DNA of 4,104 nucleotides from a virus (Duplodnaviria; Heunggongvirae; Uroviricota; Caudoviricetes): IMG/VR virus record IMGVR_UViG_2740892423_000013; one strand, 5' to 3'. Shown piece by piece: positions 1 to 4,104 of this stretch (position 1 is its first letter; each line of letters starts with the position of its first letter). The notes under the pieces were generated by a model. It saw only the letters and a program-made list of their open reading frames with translations, ran no database searches and was not told where the DNA came from. The position numbers and the translations under genes were made by a program.

Positions 1-485
1 CGCTGCCTGCGTTGCTCTGGCAGCACCGCATGGATGAGCCCATCGGTGTGTACACCGAAATGAAAGAAGATGATGTCGGGCTTTATGTCAGGGGGCGATT
101 ACTCGTTGATGATGATCCCCTGGCAAAACGTGCACATGCCCATATGAAGGCCGGTTCTTTAACCGGCCTTTCTATTGGCTACATCCTGAAAGACTGGGAG
201 TACGACCGTGAAAAAGGGGTATTCCTGCTGAAAGAGATCGACCTGTGGGAGGTCAGTCTGGTGACGTTTCCTTCCAATGATGAGGCACGCATCAGCGATG
301 TGAAAAATGCGCTGGCGCGTGGGGAGATCCCTGATCAGAAAATTATTGAGCGAGTCCTGCGCGATGTTGGACTCTCGCGAACCCAGGCCAAAGCATTCAT
401 GGCCGGGGGATATGGCGCTTTATCCCTGCGTGATGCTGAGGATGTGGATGCCGCACTGAATGCACTGAAAAATCTTAAATTTTAA
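1..485 (+). CDS. HK97-family prohead maturation protease, C-terminal portion; 5' end lies upstream of the window
   Basis: Open frame runs from the window edge (first full codon at 3) to TAA at 483-485; the ORF-track start at 12 is a TTG inside the open frame. Translation contains a motif typical of HK97-type prohead proteases (LWEVSLVTFPSNDEARI). Position immediately upstream of the capsid gene matches the usual protease-MCP order. Family assignment by eye, not by search. Confidence 0.75.
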   Translation, partial: LPALLWQHRMDEPIGVYTEMKEDDVGLYVRGRLLVDDDPLAKRAHAHMKAGSLTGLSIGYILKDWEYDREKGVFLLKEIDLWEVSLVTFPSNDEARISDVKNALARGEIPDQKIIERVLRDVGLSRTQAKAFMAGGYGALSLRDAEDVDAALNALKNLKF

Positions 486-487
486 CC

Positions 488-492
488 AGGAG
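488..492 (+). promoter_or_regulatory. Shine-Dalgarno (AGGAG) for the major capsid gene
   Basis: AGGAG at 488-492, 7 nt upstream of ATG 500-502, in the 14-nt spacer after the protease stop. Confidence 0.7.
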
Positions 493-499
493 AAAAATA

Positions 500-1494
500 A
501 TGGCTGACATTAAAGATGTGGAGCAGGTCGCGCAGGAGCTGCAGCAGAAGTTTGACGATTTTAAGGCAAAAAACGACAAGCGCATTGACGCGATCGAACA
601 GGAAAAAGGCAAGCTGGCCGAACAGGTGGAAAGCCTGAACGGGCAAATCAGCGAGCTGGAGAACCTGAAAAGCGACCTGGAAAAAGAGCTGGCAGACATC
701 AAGCGTCCGGCAGGCGGCACGCAAAATAAAGTTGCCAGTGAACACAAAGAAGCGTTTATCGGATTTATGCGCAAGGGGCGTGAAGACGGCCTGCGTGAGC
801 TGGAGCGTAAGGCGCTGCAGGTGGGCAATGATGAAGATGGCGGTTATGCCATTCCGGAAGAACTGGATCGCACCATTCTGACGCTACTAAAAGATGAGGT
901 GGTGATGCGCCAGGAAGCCACTGTGATCACCCTCGGGGGCTCGGATTATAAAAAACTGGTGAATCTGGGCGGCACAACGTCCGGATGGGTGGGGGAAACG
1001 GATGCACGTCCGGAAACCGCCACCTCAAAACTGGGGCTGATTGAACCCTTTATGGGGGAAATCTACGGCAACCCGCAGGCCACCCAGAAAATGCTCGATG
1101 ACGCTTTCTTCAATGTGGAAGACTGGATCAACAGTGAGCTGGCGCTGGAATTTGCCGAACAGGAAGAAATTGCCTTTACCAGTGGCGACGGCAGCAAAAA
1201 ACCAAAAGGTTTTCTGGCTTATGAGTCCACCGATGAAGATGACAAGACCCGTGCGTTTGGCAAACTTCAGCACATCGCTTCCGGCGCGGCTTCCGGCGTG
1301 ACCGCTGATGCGATCATTAAACTGATTTACACCCTGCGCAAGGCGCACCGCAGCGGCGCGAAGTTTATGATGAACAACAGCAGCCTGTTTGCCATTCGTT
1401 TGCTGAAGGATAACGACGGAAATTATCTGTGGCGTCCGGGTATTGAGCTGGGTCAGCCTTCTTCTCTGGCAGGGTATGGCATCGTTGAGAATGA
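500..1494 (+). CDS. Major capsid protein, HK97 fold, with N-terminal coiled-coil delta domain; allele A, codons 1-332 only, 3' end cut by N-gap
   Basis: ATG at 500 with SD. N-terminal ~100 aa are rich in E/K/L heptad-like repeats (delta domain). The core carries HK97-capsid-like motifs (GGYAIPEEL; EFAEQEEIAFTSGDGSKKPKGFL). The frame runs straight into the N-run at 1495, so the ORF-track extension to 1531 is a chimera. Confidence 0.85.
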
Positions 1495-1504
1495 NNNNNN
1501 NNNN
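1495..1504. other. 10-N scaffold gap / assembly join
   Basis: Run of exactly 10 N. Sequence to the right restarts at about codon 34 of the same gene rather than continuing codon 333. Confidence 0.95.
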
Positions 1505-2630
1505 GCAGGAAAAGGGAAAACTTGCTGGTGAAGTGGAAACCCTCAACGGAAAACTGGCTGAACTGGAAAATCTGAAAAGCGATCTTGAAGCTGAACTGGC
1601 TGAAGTCAAGCGTCCGGCAGGCGGCACGCAAAATAAAGTTGCCGGTGAACATAAAGAAGCGTTTATCGGATTTATGCGCAAGGGGCGTGAAGACGGCCTG
1701 CGTGAGCTTGAGCGTAAGGCGATGCAGGTGGGCAATGATGAAGATGGTGGTTATGCCATTCCGGAAGAACTGGACCGCACCATTCTGACGCTGCTGAAAG
1801 ATGAGGTGGTGATGCGCCAGGAAGCCACTGTGATCACCCTCGGTGGCTCGGATTATAAAAAACTGGTGAATCTGGGCGGCACAACGTCCGGATGGGTGGG
1901 GGAAACGGATGCACGTCCGGAAACCGCCACCTCAAAACTGGGGCTGATTGAACCCTTTATGGGGGAAATCTACGGCAACCCGCAGGCCACCCAGAAAATG
2001 CTCGATGACGCTTTCTTCAATGTGGAAGACTGGATCAACAGTGAGCTGGCGCTGGAATTTGCCGAACAGGAAGAAATTGCCTTTACCAGTGGCGACGGCA
2101 GCAAAAAACCAAAAGGTTTTCTGGCTTACGAGTCCACCGATGAAGATGACAAGACCCGTGCGTTTGGCAAACTTCAGCACATTGCTTCCGGTGCGGCTTC
2201 CGGCGTGACTGCCGATGCGATCATTAAACTGATTTACACCCTGCGCAAGGCGCACCGCAGCGGCGCGAAGTTCATGATGAACAACAGCAGCCTGTTTGCC
2301 ATTCGTCTGCTGAAGGATAACGACGGAAATTATCTGTGGCGTCCGGGTATTGAGCTGGGTCAGCCTTCTTCTCTGGCAGGGTATGGCATCGTTGAGAATG
2401 AACAGATGCCGGATATTGCTGCCGATGCAAAAGCCATTGCGTTTGGTAACTTCAAACGTGGCTATACCATCGTTGATCGCATCGGTACCCGTATCCTGCG
2501 CGATCCGTACACCAATAAACCGTTTGTGGGTTTTTATACCACCAAGCGAACCGGCGGTATGCTGGTGGATTCTCAGGCGATTAAGCTGATGAAAATTGGG
2601 GCTGCAACCCGCCAGAAAGCCGCTGCGTAA
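1505..2630 (+). CDS. Major capsid protein, allele B, 5'-truncated by the gap (about codon 34 to stop)
   Basis: First full codon CAG at 1506; in frame to TAA at 2628-2630. Collinear with allele A over about 300 codons and supplies the C-terminal ~75 codons missing from A. The track's N-terminus 'MSWVSLLLWQGMASLRM' (1443-1494) is the tail of allele A read out of frame, not real. Confidence 0.85.
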
Positions 2631-2641
2631 TGCGGTTTTTT

Positions 2642-2665
2642 TGTGCCCGCGTAATGGCGGGCACA
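2642..2665 (+). promoter_or_regulatory. Perfect 9-bp stem / 6-nt loop hairpin between MCP stop and connector SD
   Basis: TGTGCCCGC (2642-2650), loop GTAATG, GCGGGCACA (2657-2665). A T7 tract (2636-2642) lies 5' of the stem, not 3'. The 3' arm ends on the first base of the connector SD AGGAGG (2665-2670). Confidence 0.6.
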
Positions 2666-2675
2666 GGAGGAAAAT

Positions 2676-2954
2676 ATGCTCCTGAAAGAAGAGGAAATTA
2701 AATCTCACCTCCGGCTCGATGATGGTTTGTACAGTGACGGCGATTTTCTGAAACTGCTGGCGCAGGCGGTACAGAAAAGAACAGAGACATACCTGAACAG
2801 GAAGTTGTATGCCCCGGAAGAGACGATTCCGGAAGACGATCCTGACGGGATTCATCTGACCGATGATGTTCGTCTGGCAATGCTGATGCTGGTCAGTCAT
2901 TTTTATGAAAATCGCTCAACGATCACCGATGTGGAGAAACTGGAAACGCCAATG
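2676..2954 (+). CDS. gp6-like head-tail connector protein, allele A, codons 1-93, 3' end cut by N-gap
   Basis: ATG 2676 is 5 nt after AGGAGG. Translation is collinear with the complete 107-aa copy at 3302-3625. The frame runs into the N-run; the 'VPA' tail in the ORF track is chimeric. Confidence 0.8.
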
Positions 2955-2955
2955 A

Positions 2956-2965
2956 NNNNNNNNNN
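2956..2965. other. 10-N scaffold gap / assembly join
   Basis: Run of exactly 10 N. Sequence to the right jumps back to the MCP-connector intergenic hairpin. Confidence 0.95.
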
Positions 2966-2989
2966 TGTGCCCGCGTAATTGCGGGCACA
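2966..2989 (+). promoter_or_regulatory. Second copy of the intergenic hairpin, loop variant (GTAATT)
   Basis: TGTGCCCGC (2966-2974), loop GTAATT, GCGGGCACA (2981-2989). Both arms are identical to the copy at 2642-2665; only one loop base differs. Confidence 0.55.
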
Positions 2990-2999
2990 GGAGGAAAAT

Positions 3000-3074
3000 A
3001 TGCTCCTGAAAGAAGAGGAAATTAAATCTCACCTCCGGCTCGATGATGGTTTGTACAGTGACGGCGATTTTCTG
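3000..3074 (+). CDS. gp6-like head-tail connector, 5' fragment (codons 1-25) isolated between two gaps
   Basis: ATG 3000 after AGGAGG (2989-2994). Translates to MLLKEEEIKSHLRLDDGLYSDGDFL, identical to the start of the other two copies, then meets the N-run at 3075. Confidence 0.7.
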
Positions 3075-3084
3075 NNNNNNNNNN
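3075..3084. other. 10-N scaffold gap / assembly join
   Basis: Run of exactly 10 N. Sequence to the right is the 3' end of an MCP gene, not a continuation of the connector. Confidence 0.95.
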
Positions 3085-3256
3085 CGGCTATACCATCGTT
3101 GACCGCATCGGTACCCGTATCCTGCGCGATCCGTACACCAACAAACCGTTTGTGGGTTTTTATACCACCAAGCGAACCGGCGGTATGCTGGTGGATTCTC
3201 AGGCGATTAAGCTGATGAAAATTGGGGCTGCAACCCGCCAGAAAGCCGCTGCGTAA
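3085..3256 (+). CDS. Major capsid protein, allele C, C-terminal fragment (last ~57 codons)
   Basis: First full codon at 3086; translates GYTIVDRIGTRILRDPYTNKPFVGFYTTKRTGGMLVDSQAIKLMKIGAATRQKAAA then TAA 3254-3256. Same protein as the allele B C-terminus, with two synonymous differences (gaccgc vs gatcgc; aacaaa vs aataaa). The track ORF 2979-3215 covers this in a wrong frame and across a gap. Confidence 0.8.
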
Positions 3257-3267
3257 TGCGGTTTTTT

Positions 3268-3291
3268 TGTGCCCGCGTAATGGCGGGCACA
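3268..3291 (+). promoter_or_regulatory. Third copy of the intergenic hairpin (loop GTAATG)
   Basis: TGTGCCCGC (3268-3276), loop GTAATG, GCGGGCACA (3283-3291). T7 tract immediately 5'; AGGAGG at 3291-3296 immediately 3'. Confidence 0.6.
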
Positions 3292-3301
3292 GGAGGAAAA
3301 T

Positions 3302-3625
3302 ATGCTCCTGAAAGAAGAGGAAATTAAATCTCACCTCCGGCTCGATGATGGTTTGTACAGTGACGGCGATTTTCTGAAATTGCTGGCACAGGCGGTACAG
3401 AAAAGAACAGAGACATACCTGAACAGGAAGTTGTATGCACCGGAAGAGACGATTCCGGAAGACGATCCTGACGGGATGCATCTGACTGATGATGTTCGTC
3501 TGGCAATGCTGATGCTGGTCAGTCATTTTTATGAAAATCGCTCAACGATCACCGATGTGGAGAAACTGGAAACGCCAATGAGTTTCAGATGGCTTGCTGG
3601 CCCTTACAGGATTGTCCCGCTATGA
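3302..3625 (+). CDS. gp6-like head-tail connector protein, complete (107 aa)
   Basis: ATG 3302 is 5 nt after AGGAGG; stop TGA at 3623-3625. Small acidic protein directly after the MCP gene, the position gp6 occupies in HK97-type head modules. Family assignment from position and size, not a search. Confidence 0.8.
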   Translation: MLLKEEEIKSHLRLDDGLYSDGDFLKLLAQAVQKRTETYLNRKLYAPEETIPEDDPDGMHLTDDVRLAMLMLVSHFYENRSTITDVEKLETPMSFRWLAGPYRIVPL

Positions 3626-4038
3626 AAATCAGGCAAAGTCAGACCAGTGCCACTTACCTTTTACCGGATCCCGGAGAGCTGAATCGCCGGATAAAGATCC
3701 GCCTTCGGGTGGATGAACCCACCGCTGATTTTGGTACGGAGCCGACATATACGGAGTCGTTTGATGTCTGGGCAAAGGTGGCTCAGCCAGGCGCTGCTGC
3801 TTATCAGGGCTCAGTGCAGACAGAAAATATCGTTACGCATTATTTTACGATCCGTTTCCGTCACGACATCACGGCAGATCATGAGGTGGTTTATTACGGT
3901 CAGGAGTACCGGATCCGGCGAATACGCGACCTGAACGGTCAGCGGCGTTTTTTATTGCTGGAATGTGAAGAACTGCGTACAGCGCGACGACGGGGTGAAT
4001 GCCATGAATCAGACAGCATTTTTACACGTCGACTTTAA
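3622..4038 (+). CDS. Head-closure / head-tail joining protein (HK97 gp7-like), about 138 aa
   Basis: ATG 3622-3624 overlaps the connector stop TGA 3623-3625 (ATGA overlap). Translation MKIRQSQTSATYLLPDPGELNRRIKIRLR...YRIRRIRDLNGQRRFLLLECEEL resembles this family's pattern. Stop TAA at 4036-4038. An in-frame ATG at 3589 is possible but would overlap the connector by 37 nt. Confidence 0.7.
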   Translation: MKIRQSQTSATYLLPDPGELNRRIKIRLRVDEPTADFGTEPTYTESFDVWAKVAQPGAAAYQGSVQTENIVTHYFTIRFRHDITADHEVVYYGQEYRIRRIRDLNGQRRFLLLECEELRTARRRGECHESDSIFTRRL

Positions 4039-4104
4039 ACAACCAAAGGAGCTGGAGTTTAATCGCGCCCGTCTGCGTCGGGCATTTGTGCAGATCGGGC
4101 GCGT
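4004..4104 (+). CDS. Start of next phage structural gene (possibly neck/tail-completion, HK97 gp8/gp10-like); 3' end beyond window
   Basis: ATG 4004 with a weak purine-rich tract (GGGGTG, 3992-3997) upstream. Open to the window end, translating MNQTAFLHVDFKQPKELEFNRARLRRAFVQIGR. It is in the +1 frame relative to the head-closure gene and overlaps it by 35 nt. Not in the ORF track because it is incomplete. Product call is positional inference only. Confidence 0.4.
   Translation, partial: MNQTAFLHVDFKQPKELEFNRARLRRAFVQIGR

Noticed and set aside
1041-1301. Internal out-of-frame + strand ORFs (1041-1301, 1585-1788, 1948-2208, 2350-2589, 3713-3934)
   Set aside because: Each is fully embedded in an alternative frame of a well-supported structural gene, with no ribosome-binding site and no recognisable protein features. 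1041-1301 and 1948-2208 are the same artefact seen in both capsid copies.
1443-1531. ORF-track products that read through N-runs (500-1531, 1443-2630 N-terminus, 2676-2978, 2979-3215)
   Set aside because: The XXXX residues mark the 10-N gaps. The sequence on either side belongs to different partial gene copies, sometimes in different frames, so these are chimeric artefacts. I split them at the gaps.
2631-2665. Canonical rho-independent terminator after the capsid gene
   Set aside because: The strong 9-bp stem is preceded, not followed, by the T-run on the + strand, and on the - strand it is followed by A's. Only a weak 4-bp stem precedes the T-run. Recorded as a regulatory hairpin of uncertain role.
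1932-2900. Long minus-strand ORF (322 aa) antisense to the capsid gene; similar antisense ORFs at 1025-1735, 475-828, 482-745, 1365-1652 and 3029-3526
   Set aside because: They lie wholly antisense to strongly supported, motif-bearing + strand structural genes. Their translations are low-complexity (S/R/P/L-rich) with no recognisable motifs, several cross N-gaps, and none has a convincing ribosome-binding site. Long antisense ORFs opposite a codon-biased gene are expected by chance.
3589-3621. Head-closure gene starting at ATG 3589 (149 aa as in the ORF track)
   Set aside because: That start would overlap the connector gene by 37 nt and add a Cys/Trp/Pro-rich MACWPLQDCPA extension. ATG 3622 gives the ATGA coupling overlap and starts at MKIRQ. 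Not excluded; reflected in the lowered confidence.
500-3625. Real tandem duplication of the capsid and connector genes
   Set aside because: Every copy boundary coincides with a 10-N run and the copies are cut at arbitrary internal codons, which is the signature of scaffolded or collapsed repeats rather than a functional tandem array. Kept as a finding about assembly, not as biology.
1-4104. Defence system, toxin-antitoxin pair, CRISPR array, tRNA or integrase/transposase
   Set aside because: Nothing in the sequence supports any of these. The only repeats are kb-scale gene copies and one short hairpin, there are no spacer-repeat arrays or tRNA-like structures, and every confident ORF matches a phage head-morphogenesis role.

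Overview
This window is a canonical HK97-type phage (probably prophage) head-morphogenesis module on the + strand, not a novel system. Gene order is prohead protease (3' part), major capsid protein (MCP), gp6-like head-tail connector, head-closure/head-tail joining protein, and the start of a further structural gene. I see no defence, toxin-antitoxin, CRISPR, RNA-gene or transposase signal. The window is a gapped scaffold: three runs of exactly 10 N (1495-1504, 2956-2965, 3075-3084) separate four blocks that partly repeat each other. The MCP gene appears as three non-identical pieces and the connector gene as three, so several ORFs in the supplied track are chimeras across gaps. The copies differ by scattered, mostly synonymous substitutions, except for one strongly diverged stretch in the N-terminal coiled-coil (delta/scaffolding) part of the MCP. 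A perfect 9-bp inverted repeat sits between the MCP stop and the connector ribosome-binding site in all three copies. GC content and codon usage look enterobacterial, but that is an impression, not a search result. All family assignments are from reading the translated motifs by eye; no database search was run.
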